This document shows positions 29,003 through 39,398 of a stretch of DNA of 64,000 nucleotides, piece after piece. The stretch lies in the NCBI GenBank assembly GCA_028687915.1, contig JAQTZF010000001.1:546634-610633 (forward strand), read 5' to 3'. The notes under the pieces were generated by a model. That model was not told the DNA's origin, did no database searches, and saw nothing but the letters and a program-made list of their open reading frames with translations. The DNA is from Candidatus Daviesbacteria bacterium. Its GTDB lineage: Bacteria > Patescibacteriota > Microgenomatia > Daviesbacterales > UBA10151. The translations under genes and the position numbers were made by a program. Every line of letters starts with the position of its first letter. The first letter of the stretch is position 1.

Positions 29003-29560
29003 ATGTCAAAAGGATTAGTTGTATTTAATGGAAAAACCGAAAAAGGTTTAGATATTTTAGTGCGTTACCCAAACTCTGATGACGGACAGATTCTTTGTGA
29101 TTATATAAATACTCTTTCTAAAGAAAAAACCTTTATTCTTTTTCAGGGAGAACAGGTTAAATTAGATGAGGAACAAAAATATCTTGAGCTGCAGCTAAAA
29201 AATATTGAAAGAAACAAGTCTGTTTTATTGCTTGCATTTTATAATAATAGTTTAATTGGTGTTACTTCTATTGAAGGAAAGGACAAGGCTGAAAAACATA
29301 TTGCCAGTTTTGGAATATCTATTGCCCAGGGTTTTCGTGCAAAGGGTGTAGGTAAACTTTTTATGGATTTAATCATTAAAGAGGCAGAACAAAATTTGAA
29401 AGGCTTAAAAATTATTTTATTAAGTGTTTTCGGGGATAATGAGGTAGCTAAAAGTTTATATAATAAATTTGGGTTTCAGGAATTTGGTAGCTTACCAGGG
29501 GGCATTTTACATGCAGGTAAACCGGTAGACCATATCTATATGTATAAAAAAGTAGATTAG
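29003..29560 (+). CDS. GNAT-family N-acetyltransferase
   Basis: The acetyl-CoA binding region RAKGVGKLFMDLIIKEAE (Q/RxxGxG/A) is present. It is 185 aa. Confidence 0.55.
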   Translation: MSKGLVVFNGKTEKGLDILVRYPNSDDGQILCDYINTLSKEKTFILFQGEQVKLDEEQKYLELQLKNIERNKSVLLLAFYNNSLIGVTSIEGKDKAEKHIASFGISIAQGFRAKGVGKLFMDLIIKEAEQNLKGLKIILLSVFGDNEVAKSLYNKFGFQEFGSLPGGILHAGKPVDHIYMYKKVD

Positions 29561-29613
29561 TTTTATCCTTGTTACTAGTTTGATCTAATGTTTTTTGCTA
29601 GAATACTCCTATT

Positions 29614-32442
29614 ATGAGTAAGTTTAAACAAGTTTCTTCCCAGGTAAATTTTTTTACATTAGAGGAAGAAACATTAAAATATTGGAAAGAAAAAAAGATT
29701 TTTGAAAAATCTATTTCAATTCGTCCCGAAGATAAAACCTGGAATTTTTTAGATGGACCTCCTTTTGTAACAGGAATGCCACATTATGGTTCGCTTTTGT
29801 CCAGCATGCCAAAAGATTTATTTGGTAGATATTGGACTATGAAAGGCTATCGTGTAAGACGTGTTTGGGGATGGGATGGACATGGTTTACCAATAGAAAA
29901 TAAAGTTGAAAATAAACTTGGAATAAAACGAAAAAAGGATATTGAAGAAAAAGTTGGTGTAGCTAGGTTTATTAAAGAATGTTTAGGGTATGTAAATCAA
30001 ATATCTTCTGAATGGGAGTGGTATATAGATCATATTGGCAGGTGGGTAGATTTTAAAAATGCTTATAAAACCTGGGATATAAACTATATGGAGTCTGTAA
30101 TGTGGGTTTTTAAGCAGATGTATGACAAAGAATTGATATACAAAGGGCTTCGTGTATCTCTTTATTGCCCACATTGCGTTACTCCAATTTCTAACTTTGA
30201 AGTTGCAATGGATACAGAAAATTATAAGACTGTAACAGAACCTGCAACGACTTATAAATATCAATTAAAGGGAGAAGAAAATACCTACCTATTAGCCTGG
30301 TCTACAACACCCTGGAATAAATTAGCAACTCCAGCTTTAGCAGTAAATCCAAAATTAGATTATGTGAAAGTTAAACAGGGAGAAGATTATTATATCTTAG
30401 GCAAAAAAACTTTAGCCATGTTAAAAGATGAACCATACAAGATTTTAGAAGAGTTTAAAGGAGAAAAGTTGGTTGGAAAAGAGTTTGTCCCAAGTTACGA
30501 TTACTATAAAATTGAACCTGGAAAAAGAGCATTTGTGGTAATTCCCGGGGACTTTGTTACAGAGGAAGAAGGAACTGGTGTGGTAACTATTGCGGCTTAT
30601 GGTGAAGAGGATTTGGCAGTAATGAAAAAAGAAAATATCCAGGTCGTTTTGCATGTGGATGATGAGGGGTTTATAAAATCTTTTGTTCCAAAATTTGCTG
30701 GTATGTATTATCTCGATGCTAATGAAGCAGTAAATAAAGACTTAGCCGAGCGGGGATTTGTATATGATGAAAAACCATATACTCACTCAGTTGCTTATTG
30801 TTGGAGGTGTGCCACAAGACTTATTTATTCTCCAAAAGATGCTTGGTTTGTGGATGTTCAGCAATTAAAACCTAAGATGTTTAAAAATAATGAAGCCATA
30901 AATTGGTTTCCAAAACATTTTAAATATGGGCGATTTGCAAAAAGTATGGAAGCTGCACCAGATTGGAATATTTCAAGAAACAGATATTGGGGTTCTCCTG
31001 TACCTGTTTGGGAATGTGAATGTGGAGAAAGAATTGTTCCAGGGTCTATTGCAGAGTTAGAAAAGTTATCAGGACAAAAAATAACTAACTTACATAAACC
31101 AGAAATTGATGAGGTAAAAATAAAATGTCCAAAGTGTGATAAAAAAGCCACAAGAGTTCCTGAAGTATTGGATTCCTGGATAGAAGCAGGAAGTGCATCC
31201 TTTGCAGAAAGACATTTTCCTTTTGAAAAAGATCAAAAGCTAGAAGATTTTTTTCCTCCTGATTTTATTGCAGAATATACCGGCCAAATAAGAGCATGGT
31301 TTTATGTTATTCATGTTATTTCTTCTGCTTTGTATGACAGCCCTGGTTTTAAAAATGTTTTAGTAGAAGGAGTGTTATTGGGTAATGATGGAAGAAAAAT
31401 GAGTAAAAATTACAGCAATTTTCCAGATCCTAAAAATTTAATAGAACAATATGGAGGAGATGCTTTAAGAATTTATTTAATGGGTTCACCTTTAATGAAG
31501 GGTGAAGATATAGACTTTTCTAATGATGGTGTTCCAGAAGTAACCCGTGGATTTTTCTTAATTTTATGGAACTCTTATAAATACTTTATAGATTATGCAG
31601 TTACTTATGATTGGGATAAAGATGAATCAAATATTGAAAGTGAAAATTATTCAATTTTAGATAAGTGGATTTTAACCAGTTTAGAAAAAGTTGTATCCCA
31701 AGTTAGTGAATCTTTAGATAGCTATGATACATTAACAAGTATAAAATTGCTTCGAAGTTTTATTGTTGATGACTTTTCAACTTGGTATATTAGGCGCAGC
31801 CGCGATAGGGTAAATAATAATTCTGATGAAAAAGATCGAAGTATCGTTCTAAATGTTATGTATACAGTTTTAGTTAAATACAGCCAATTGCTAGCTCCTT
31901 TGGCACCGTTTATTTCAGAAGAAATTTTTAGAAGTTTAAGTGGAGGAGAATCTGTTCATTTAACAGACTATCCAAAATCAGATAAATCTTTAATAGATGA
32001 GGATTTAATTTCTCAAATGTCAGTTTTAAGAAAACTTGCGGAAATGGGACATGCACAAAGAAAAGATGCAGGCATTAAGTTGCGTCAACCATTAGCAAAA
32101 TTTACATACTTTTTACAAAAACAATTGAATCCAGAGCTGGAAACAGTTTTATCTGAAGAGCTAAATGTAAAACAAGTTGTGTTTAAAAAACATGAATCAA
32201 AAGATATAAAAGGGGAGATAGATATAAAGATTTCACCTGAATTACAGGCAGAAGGAGATACCAGAGAGTTAATTAGACAAATCCAATCACTTAGAAAAAC
32301 CCAGGGGTTAACTTTAAAAGATCAAATTAATATTACTGTACCTACTATTCCTGAAGAAGAAAATCTAAAACAGTTAATTTTAAAACAAACAAATGCTAAA
32401 CAAATTAAACTTGGGGATAGTGTTGAAATTGAAGTAGTTTAA
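29614..32442 (+). CDS. ileS: Isoleucine--tRNA ligase (class I, type 2-like)
   Basis: It has the HYGS (HIGH-like) motif, WDGHGLPIE and KMSKN. A zinc-binding CPHC/CPKC is present. At 942 aa it fits IleRS better than ValRS. Confidence 0.6.
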   Translation: MSKFKQVSSQVNFFTLEEETLKYWKEKKIFEKSISIRPEDKTWNFLDGPPFVTGMPHYGSLLSSMPKDLFGRYWTMKGYRVRRVWGWDGHGLPIENKVENKLGIKRKKDIEEKVGVARFIKECLGYVNQISSEWEWYIDHIGRWVDFKNAYKTWDINYMESVMWVFKQMYDKELIYKGLRVSLYCPHCVTPISNFEVAMDTENYKTVTEPATTYKYQLKGEENTYLLAWSTTPWNKLATPALAVNPKLDYVKVKQGEDYYILGKKTLAMLKDEPYKILEEFKGEKLVGKEFVPSYDYYKIEPGKRAFVVIPGDFVTEEEGTGVVTIAAYGEEDLAVMKKENIQVVLHVDDEGFIKSFVPKFAGMYYLDANEAVNKDLAERGFVYDEKPYTHSVAYCWRCATRLIYSPKDAWFVDVQQLKPKMFKNNEAINWFPKHFKYGRFAKSMEAAPDWNISRNRYWGSPVPVWECECGERIVPGSIAELEKLSGQKITNLHKPEIDEVKIKCPKCDKKATRVPEVLDSWIEAGSASFAERHFPFEKDQKLEDFFPPDFIAEYTGQIRAWFYVIHVISSALYDSPGFKNVLVEGVLLGNDGRKMSKNYSNFPDPKNLIEQYGGDALRIYLMGSPLMKGEDIDFSNDGVPEVTRGFFLILWNSYKYFIDYAVTYDWDKDESNIESENYSILDKWILTSLEKVVSQVSESLDSYDTLTSIKLLRSFIVDDFSTWYIRRSRDRVNNNSDEKDRSIVLNVMYTVLVKYSQLLAPLAPFISEEIFRSLSGGESVHLTDYPKSDKSLIDEDLISQMSVLRKLAEMGHAQRKDAGIKLRQPLAKFTYFLQKQLNPELETVLSEELNVKQVVFKKHESKDIKGEIDIKISPELQAEGDTRELIRQIQSLRKTQGLTLKDQINITVPTIPEEENLKQLILKQTNAKQIKLGDSVEIEVV

Positions 32443-32456
32443 TTTCCTTTTAAATC

Positions 32457-33518
32457 ATGAATAAGCGCGGAAGTTTTATTCCAGATCTTTTTATAACCAT
32501 TCCTACTGTGCTTTTAATTTCATTGGGAATTTTAGTGATCTTTTCTTCTGAGCCAAAATTAGCAATCCAACAATTAGTAATTGCAATTATAGGGTTAGCT
32601 TTATATTGGTTTTTCTCTTTTATAGACTTAAAGTTCTATAAAGATTATCTGAAGTATATATATGTGTTTATATTATTGCTCTTGGTGGTAGTTTTTATTT
32701 TGGGGTTTGAAACAAGGGGTTCTATTAGATGGATTCCTTTAGGCTTATTTAATTTTCAGCCATCAGAGTTTGTAAAGCCAATTATTATTTTACTTTTGGC
32801 AAAATTTTGGTCAGAAAATAATCCAACCTGGTTAAATATGGGTAAAAGTGCCTTAATAGTATTTCCAGCAGCAATTTTAATTTTTAGACAACCAGATTTA
32901 GGGACAACTTTAACCATATCTATGATTTGGCTTTTTATGTTAATTGGGTCAAATATATCAATCTTAAAACTATTAGTAATGTTTGTAACCAGCTTAATTT
33001 CAGCACCTCTGGGGTGGGTATTTTTAAAGGATTATCAAAAATATAGAATTACCAGTTTTTTATCTCCTGAAAAAGATCCTTTAGGTATAGGCTACAATGC
33101 TATTCAGTCAACAATTGCTGTAGGATCAGGAGAGGTTTTTGGTAGAGGTTTAGGAAGGGGAACACAATCAAGATTGCAGTTTTTACCGGAATTTAGAACA
33201 GACTTTATTTTTGCTTCCATTGCAGAAGAATTTGGGTTTTTAGGCTCATCAATATTACTTTTACTTTATTCAATTATTATTGGAAGAAGCATAAGAATAA
33301 TGTTTTACGCTAATAGCAGGTTTAATAACCTTGTGGTGTTGGGTGTTTTGGGTATGTTTTTCTTTCAAATTATAGTTAATATGGGCATGAATATAGGTAT
33401 ATTGCCTATAACAGGAATTACACTACCCTTACTATCATATGGGGGAAGTTCTCTGTTAACTACACTGATTTGTTTGGGTTTCATTGCATCGGTTGCCAAA
33501 TTCGGCAAAAAAGGGTAA
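32457..33518 (+). CDS. SEDS-family protein (RodA/FtsW paralogue)
   Basis: It is a 10-TM protein with PEFRTDFIFASIAEEFGFLG and LPLLSYGGSS. It is a second SEDS protein outside the dcw cluster. Confidence 0.7.
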   Translation: MNKRGSFIPDLFITIPTVLLISLGILVIFSSEPKLAIQQLVIAIIGLALYWFFSFIDLKFYKDYLKYIYVFILLLLVVVFILGFETRGSIRWIPLGLFNFQPSEFVKPIIILLLAKFWSENNPTWLNMGKSALIVFPAAILIFRQPDLGTTLTISMIWLFMLIGSNISILKLLVMFVTSLISAPLGWVFLKDYQKYRITSFLSPEKDPLGIGYNAIQSTIAVGSGEVFGRGLGRGTQSRLQFLPEFRTDFIFASIAEEFGFLGSSILLLLYSIIIGRSIRIMFYANSRFNNLVVLGVLGMFFFQIIVNMGMNIGILPITGITLPLLSYGGSSLLTTLICLGFIASVAKFGKKG

Positions 33519-33530
33519 AATGCCTTTTGT

Positions 33531-33878
33531 ATGCAATACAGTATCGTTCAAATCGGAAGCAGACAATATAAAATAGAACCAGGTCAAACAATTGAAGTTG
33601 ATAAATTGTCTGACGACTCTAAAAAGTTAATAATAGATAAAGTACTTTTAAAGGTTGATGGAGAAAAAGTTGAAATTGGTGCACCTTACCTTAAAGAAAC
33701 ACTTGAGCTTGAAGTTTTAGAAAATATTAAAAAAGCTAAAATTAGGGTATTAAAATTTAAATCCAAAGCTAATTATCGTAAAGTTACAGGGGCAAGAAGA
33801 CAGATGACTAAAGTAAGATTAGAGGGAAATCCTGAAAAAATTAAAGCAGAGAAAAAAGACACTGTGAAAAAGTCTTGA
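33531..33878 (+). CDS. rplU: 50S ribosomal protein L21
   Basis: MQYSIVQIGSRQYKIEPGQTIEVDKL matches the L21 N-terminus. Confidence 0.8.
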   Translation: MQYSIVQIGSRQYKIEPGQTIEVDKLSDDSKKLIIDKVLLKVDGEKVEIGAPYLKETLELEVLENIKKAKIRVLKFKSKANYRKVTGARRQMTKVRLEGNPEKIKAEKKDTVKKS

Positions 33879-33909
33879 CATAAATTTTCACGAAAGGTAT
33901 TCTTAGAAC

Positions 33910-34161
33910 ATGGCACATACAAAAGCAGGTGGAACAACTAAAACAAATAGAGATTCAATTTCAAAGCGATTAGGCGTGAAGCATTATGGTGGAGAAGCTG
34001 TTATTCCTGGAAATATAATTATTAGACAAAAAGGAAATAAATATTATGCAGGTGTAGGGGTAAAACAAGGTAATGACTATACACTTTTTGCTATAACTTC
34101 TGGGATCGTACAATTTGTTAAAAGAAAAGGACGTAACATTATAAATATAAATGGACGCTGA
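33910..34161 (+). CDS. rpmA: 50S ribosomal protein L27
   Basis: [24 protein letters not shown] matches the L27 N-terminus. Confidence 0.85.
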   Translation: MAHTKAGGTTKTNRDSISKRLGVKHYGGEAVIPGNIIIRQKGNKYYAGVGVKQGNDYTLFAITSGIVQFVKRKGRNIININGR

Positions 34162-35002
34162 CGACCAGATTTACTTACTTGAAATAAACTTACTAGAACC
34201 AAATCCTTTACAACCGCGTGGCCTTATTACTCCAGAATCATTAGCAGAGCTTGCAGAGTCAATCCGTGAACACGGAATCCTGGAACCTATTGTAGTTGCA
34301 AAAACTCCAGCTGGTTTTCAAATCATTGCAGGAGAACGACGTTGGAGGGCATCTCGATTAGTAGGACTTCAAAAAGTACCAGTAGTGGTTAAAGAAACAA
34401 CTCCTCAGGGGATGTTAGAAATGGCAATTGTGGAAAATGTTCAGCGCCAGGATTTAAATCCACTGGAAAGAGCTCAGGCATATCGCCGTTTAATGGATGA
34501 GTTTGGTCTCCCAAATTCTGAAATTGCTCAAAAGGTTGGTAAAAGTCCTGCATATATCTCCAACACAATTAGATTACTTACCCTGCCTGATGCCTTAAAA
34601 GACGCCTTAATGTCTGGTCAAACTACAGAAGGTCATGTTAGAGCAATGTCTGCTTTAGAAGATCCACATTTGATTATAGAAGCTTATAAAGAAGTACTAC
34701 GTAAGAATTTATCAGTTAGAGGAACAGAAGAATTGGTCAGAAAAATGAAAGCCAAATTTGGGGTAGCTCCAAAAAGAAATGTTGATGTTGAAAGTATGCA
34801 CATCTTAAATGAGGAAGTTGATAGAATTCAGGAAGGTTTAGCAGAAGCTTTAACTTCAAATGATAAAAAAGCATCGGTTAAATATGTCTTAACAGGGAAT
34901 CATGCTCGTTTGGATATCAGACTTCCAGGTACTCCAGAACAAACTACAGATTTAATGAGAAGGGTGTATAAAGCAATAACTTCTTATCAAGAGATTAGTT
35001 AG
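34151..35002 (+). CDS. parB: ParB/Spo0J-like partition/nucleoid protein
   Basis: It has the ParB box [13 protein letters not shown] and an HTH ([18 protein letters not shown]). No adjacent parA is present. Confidence 0.7.
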   Translation: MDADDQIYLLEINLLEPNPLQPRGLITPESLAELAESIREHGILEPIVVAKTPAGFQIIAGERRWRASRLVGLQKVPVVVKETTPQGMLEMAIVENVQRQDLNPLERAQAYRRLMDEFGLPNSEIAQKVGKSPAYISNTIRLLTLPDALKDALMSGQTTEGHVRAMSALEDPHLIIEAYKEVLRKNLSVRGTEELVRKMKAKFGVAPKRNVDVESMHILNEEVDRIQEGLAEALTSNDKKASVKYVLTGNHARLDIRLPGTPEQTTDLMRRVYKAITSYQEIS

Positions 35003-35606
35003 TTTTAGCTCCAACAGGAATAATCATCGCTTTTTGAATTGGCCAATATCTTAATTCTGCCTGCCCAATAAGCAATTCTTCTTTTACCAGCCCAAAATCT
35101 CTTGAATCAGAACTATTTCTTCGATTATCACCCATCACAAAATAATTTCCCTGAGGAATATATACTTCATCACCCTCTTTTAAAAATCCTTCACCTGGAG
35201 TTTGTAAACCATCTTCTAAATATGGTTCTTGAAGAAGTGTTCCATTGATATAAACACTTCCATTTAATAATTTTATAGTTTCACCTGGTAAACCAATAAC
35301 TCTTTTAATAAAAACATCTTTTTCTGGATTTCTGGGATTCTTTATAATTATAACTTCACCCCTTTTTGGAGTAGAAAGACGGACTGATAGTTTATTCGTT
35401 ATTATATAATCATTATCATGAAAATTCGGCAACATTGAATTACCAGAAACTCTGTGTGGTTCAGCAATAAGAACACGGATAATCATCAAAATTGATGCGA
35501 CTATTGCTATAAATTGTATTAATTCGACGAGACTGTCTTTAAGTCTGGTTCCAAAACTTGGACCATCAATTTGATAATTTGGGGTAGCTTGTTGTGTAGG
35601 TTCCAT
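34995..35606 (-). CDS. lepB: Signal peptidase I
   Basis: It has the catalytic Ser region GNSMLPNF, the box GDNRRNSSDSRDFG and an N-terminal TM helix. Confidence 0.8.
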   Translation of the reverse strand: MEPTQQATPNYQIDGPSFGTRLKDSLVELIQFIAIVASILMIIRVLIAEPHRVSGNSMLPNFHDNDYIITNKLSVRLSTPKRGEVIIIKNPRNPEKDVFIKRVIGLPGETIKLLNGSVYINGTLLQEPYLEDGLQTPGEGFLKEGDEVYIPQGNYFVMGDNRRNSSDSRDFGLVKEELLIGQAELRYWPIQKAMIIPVGAKTN

Positions 35607-35676
35607 AGATATGTATTATCCCTATTTTTTATTTGTAAGACAAGAGGTTGAATGCTAAAATAAGCCAGTGTATTAC

Positions 35677-35750
35677 GGAGTCATAGCTCAGTTGGTTAGA
35701 GCGCTGCATTCACATTGCAGAGGTCTCTGGTTCGAATCCAGATGGCTCCA
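35677..35750 (+). tRNA. tRNA-Val (anticodon CAC)
   Basis: Folded by hand it gives the cloverleaf: acceptor GGAGTCA/TGGCTCC, D-arm GCTC-AGTTGGTTA-GAGC, anticodon arm CTGCA-TTCACAT-TGCAG, T-arm TCTGG-TTCGAAT-CCAGA, discriminator A. No CCA is encoded. Confidence 0.8.
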
Positions 35751-35759
35751 CTAGTTGCT

Positions 35760-37025
35760 TTAATCTTGTTGAAATATAAAAATTTCACGGTGGATAGTTT
35801 GGTCGGGACGCGAATAGATAATTGAACCTCTTTCTGAAACTTCAAGATTTAAATCTTTATATTTGGAATTTTCCTGAAAGTTTAGTGGAGAAAACCCAAG
35901 TTTAAATAGTTGAGGTAAGATATTTAAATAATGAAGTGTATTACCAAATTTAAATGCTGGGAAAATAATTACTATTTTTCCATTCTTTTTTAAAATATTT
36001 TTAAATTGATAAAACGCATCAAGATATAATTTTTCCAGTATTTTTATTTCATTTTCTATTTGGGGGATATTAAAATGTTTTGATTTAGGAGAACCTAAGA
36101 ATGGTTCAGTGATAATTGCATCAATGCCTTCTTCCTTGAATGTTTGATTTAATTTTCTGACATCATATGTAAAAGTTTTAATATTAAAGTCTGATTTAAC
36201 TAAATCTTGGTATTGTTGGAATAACCAATCAATATTCTGGTTAGTTTTTTCAATTTGCTCAGATTTAAAATCTGTTCCAATAATATTTTTATATCCCAGA
36301 AGAATTAGTTCCTGTAAAATAGTTCCATTTCCGCAAAATGGATCTAATAATGTATCATTTATATCTTTGCCCGCAATATTAATCATAATTTTTGCAAGTT
36401 TTGGAGGAAGCATACCTGCCTCTGCATCCCGACCTGGTCTTTGATAGTCCCTAAAACTATAATCCTCGAAATTCTGAACAGCTAATGTTTTTCCAAAAAG
36501 GATTGTTTGTTCTTCAATAAAAATAGCTAGTTCAAAACCTTCTGTAAGTAATTTATTCTTAACGACTGAAACACTAGAAATACTTCGTTCCTGTGGCTTA
36601 AAGAAACTAGCTCTATATGAAGTTTGTAAGAACTTTTTCATTTTTGGTAATGTTCTGGTTGCTTCTCTTAAAATACTATTAATTTGGTTTGTTGTTGTAC
36701 CAGCGTTATATACACTAATTCCAAAAGTGATTTTTTGTAACTGAGGGTCGAAAAGCTTACTTAAAAAATTAATATCTGTTGCAAGTGAGGGAAACTGCTC
36801 AGTAAAATCTCCTGGTGCTAAAGAATCTACAATTTCCCCAACTTTGATTGTTCCTCCTAGTTTTACAATAAGGTCATGGGGGTTAATTTCTTGTGCAGTT
36901 TCTAAAATTAGCACCTCTTTAGATGATGTTATAATTTTTAAATCCTCAGTTTCCCCAAAAAAAGCTAGAATTTCAACTTTTGAAAGGTTGGGATTGCTTC
37001 CTAAAACAAAAAAATACTTATGCAT
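35760..37025 (-). CDS. Putative RNA (guanine-N2/adenine-N6-type) methyltransferase, UPF0020/Trm11-like with N-terminal THUMP-like region
   Basis: GMLPPKLAKIMINIAG...DPFCGNGTIL is the class-I MTase motif I / DPPF-type region of the Trm11/RlmL-like family. Confidence 0.5.
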   Translation of the reverse strand: MHKYFFVLGSNPNLSKVEILAFFGETEDLKIITSSKEVLILETAQEINPHDLIVKLGGTIKVGEIVDSLAPGDFTEQFPSLATDINFLSKLFDPQLQKITFGISVYNAGTTTNQINSILREATRTLPKMKKFLQTSYRASFFKPQERSISSVSVVKNKLLTEGFELAIFIEEQTILFGKTLAVQNFEDYSFRDYQRPGRDAEAGMLPPKLAKIMINIAGKDINDTLLDPFCGNGTILQELILLGYKNIIGTDFKSEQIEKTNQNIDWLFQQYQDLVKSDFNIKTFTYDVRKLNQTFKEEGIDAIITEPFLGSPKSKHFNIPQIENEIKILEKLYLDAFYQFKNILKKNGKIVIIFPAFKFGNTLHYLNILPQLFKLGFSPLNFQENSKYKDLNLEVSERGSIIYSRPDQTIHREIFIFQQD

Positions 37026-37050
37026 GAGGGTAGTTTAGCATGAATGACGC

Positions 37051-37812
37051 CTAATCTCCATTTTTCCTGGCCACGATTAATATATAAGCACATAGATTCT
37101 TTAACCCTAAGGAAAACATAATGAGTTCATAAAAAATAGAAATAATATAAAAAGGTACAAAAAAGCTGAAATATCTGGATTGATAATAACTTAAACTTAT
37201 TCTTTCAACCTTAAATCCTGTCTTTATAAAAACATTAATTATTGAACTGTAATAACAATAATTATAATTTGTTTTAAATCCACGAATATGTTTACTATTT
37301 AGTACTAAATTATTTAATAAAAGTTTGGAAAGTTGTTGTGGAATTATTTGGTTAAGCAAAGCAAAGATAGCAAACTTACAGGAAAATAAATTAATAGATA
37401 GACCGCCATTTTTTAATGATTTATTAGAATTCAATAGGAAGTTCGGAATATCATTTAAATGCTCAAATACATAACGAGAAGTAATAATATCTACTGAGTT
37501 ATTTTTTAATGGAAGTGTATTGTTTAAATTAGCAATAATAACCTTATTTGCATTAAGATTTTTTTCTAATTCTTTTTTATCTTCATCAATTACAATTAAT
37601 TCATGTTTTAAGTTAGGTTTTAAATATTTAAAGTATGGGGTAAGTCTCCCTCCTCCAATATCCACAATAGTAGGTGTATGTTTTTGATTAGCATATTTTG
37701 AAACTACTGTTGAATATTCTTCTGTAATATCTTTTTTTGCCTGTGGAAGTTTGCCTTCAATAACAAGGCATACTTTTTGATTAATTTCTATAAACTTTTT
37801 TATTATATCCAT
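37051..37812 (-). CDS. Class I SAM-dependent methyltransferase
   Basis: VDIGGGRLTPYF is a glycine-rich motif I, and VFEHLND follows. It is divergent from the ABC-transporter glycan module. Confidence 0.45.
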   Translation of the reverse strand: MDIIKKFIEINQKVCLVIEGKLPQAKKDITEEYSTVVSKYANQKHTPTIVDIGGGRLTPYFKYLKPNLKHELIVIDEDKKELEKNLNANKVIIANLNNTLPLKNNSVDIITSRYVFEHLNDIPNFLLNSNKSLKNGGLSINLFSCKFAIFALLNQIIPQQLSKLLLNNLVLNSKHIRGFKTNYNYCYYSSIINVFIKTGFKVERISLSYYQSRYFSFFVPFYIISIFYELIMFSLGLKNLCAYILIVARKNGD

Positions 37813-37875
37813 TATTCTTGTAAGCTTGATTTATTATACCTTTATCACTAAAATTGATTCCAGGTTTAACAATAA

Positions 37876-38658
37876 ATGATTTTAGAAAAATATAAAATAT
37901 TTAAGTATAAGGATTTGTTTTGGCAGCTCACACTTAGGGATATTAGAGCAAAATATAAACAATCAATACTGGGTTATTCCTGGGTAATATTAGTACCCCT
38001 GATTAACCTAACTGTTTTAAGTATTGTTTTTACTTTTGTTTTTAAAGTTCCTACAGGACCTGTTCCTTATCCAGTATATTTATTTACAGCCTTAGTTCCC
38101 TGGTTGTTTATGTCTAACGCAATAGTTGCAGCAACTGGTAGCGTTTTAGCTAATGCTTCCCTTGTTACAAAAATTTATTTACCCAGAGAAATTTTGCCTT
38201 TATCAGCTATAGCTTCAAAACTTGTAGATTTATTTTTGACTGCACTTATTTTAGGATTTTTTATGCTTGTATATGGTGTGCCGTTTCACGCAACAATATT
38301 ATTTGTACCATTTATATTATTAACTCAATTAATGCTAATAACTGGTGTTTCATTTATTTTATCAGCCAGTAATGTTTTTTACAGAGACATCGAACATGCA
38401 ATTGGTGTAATTTTAGGAGTGTGGATGTATTTAACTCCAGTTGTTTATTCTCCAGATTTAATCCCAGCAAATTTAAAAATCTTTTTTTATCTTAATCCAA
38501 TGAGTGGAATAATAGATGCTTACCGAGCAACTATTTTATATGGAGTTATTCCTATTTGGCCAGCATTTTTATATTCTTGTTTATTTTCTATAACTATTTT
38601 TATTGTTGGATTAATTTATTTTAGAAAAAATTCTAAGTATTTTGCAGAGGTTATTTAA
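37876..38658 (+). CDS. wzm: ABC-2 type polysaccharide export permease (Wzm/TagG-like)
   Basis: It has 6 TM helices. KYKQSILGYSWVILVPLINL is the ABC-2 N-terminal signature. Confidence 0.75.
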   Translation: MILEKYKIFKYKDLFWQLTLRDIRAKYKQSILGYSWVILVPLINLTVLSIVFTFVFKVPTGPVPYPVYLFTALVPWLFMSNAIVAATGSVLANASLVTKIYLPREILPLSAIASKLVDLFLTALILGFFMLVYGVPFHATILFVPFILLTQLMLITGVSFILSASNVFYRDIEHAIGVILGVWMYLTPVVYSPDLIPANLKIFFYLNPMSGIIDAYRATILYGVIPIWPAFLYSCLFSITIFIVGLIYFRKNSKYFAEVI

Positions 38659-38661
38659 AAT

Positions 38662-39396
38662 ATGAATGATAATATAGCGATAAACTTAGATAACGTTAGT
38701 AAGAGGTTTAAAAGAGGGCATAAACTTCTTTTAAAAGAGGCTTTACTTGATTTTTTTAGACCAACAAGACAAGAAGACTTTTGGGCTTTAAAGAATATTA
38801 GTTTTAAAGTTAAAAAAGGAGAAGCATTAGGAATAATCGGAACAAATGGGTCTGGAAAAAGTACAGTTTTAAAACTAATTGCCGGGGTTTTAAGTCCAAC
38901 CAAAGGAACAATTAGTGTTAATGGAAGAATAGGTCCCTTAATAGAATTAGGTGCGGGATTTCATCCTGAGTTAACTGGCAGAGAAAATATCTATTTAAAT
39001 GGAACAATCTTAGGTCTATCTATTAAAGAAATTAACGAGAAATTTAATGCAATTGTTAATTTTTCAGGGTTAGATGATTTTATTGATACTCCCGTAAAAC
39101 ATTATTCTTCTGGTATGTATATGAGACTTGGTTTTTCCATTGCTGTTCATGTTGAACCTGATATTTTATTAGTTGATGAAATTTTAGCAGTAGGGGATGC
39201 AGGTTTTCAAAAAAAATGTTTAGAGAAAATGAAAGAGTTCCATGATAAAGGAGTTACTATCATAATAATCTCGCATTCTGCTGACCTAATTAAATCGTTT
39301 TGTAAAAAAGCTATATTAATTAATCACGGAAAAATTGTAGTAATTGACTCAGTAGAAAAAGTAATTAATAAATATAGTAAATTAATTGATGGATAG
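38662..39396 (+). CDS. wzt: Polysaccharide export ABC ATPase (Wzt/TagH-like), nucleotide-binding domain only
   Basis: It has the Walker A motif GTNGSGKST, the signature SSGMYMRLGFS and Walker B LLVDE. At 244 aa it lacks a C-terminal carbohydrate-binding extension. Confidence 0.8.
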   Translation: MNDNIAINLDNVSKRFKRGHKLLLKEALLDFFRPTRQEDFWALKNISFKVKKGEALGIIGTNGSGKSTVLKLIAGVLSPTKGTISVNGRIGPLIELGAGFHPELTGRENIYLNGTILGLSIKEINEKFNAIVNFSGLDDFIDTPVKHYSSGMYMRLGFSIAVHVEPDILLVDEILAVGDAGFQKKCLEKMKEFHDKGVTIIIISHSADLIKSFCKKAILINHGKIVVIDSVEKVINKYSKLIDG

Positions 39397-39398
39397 AT

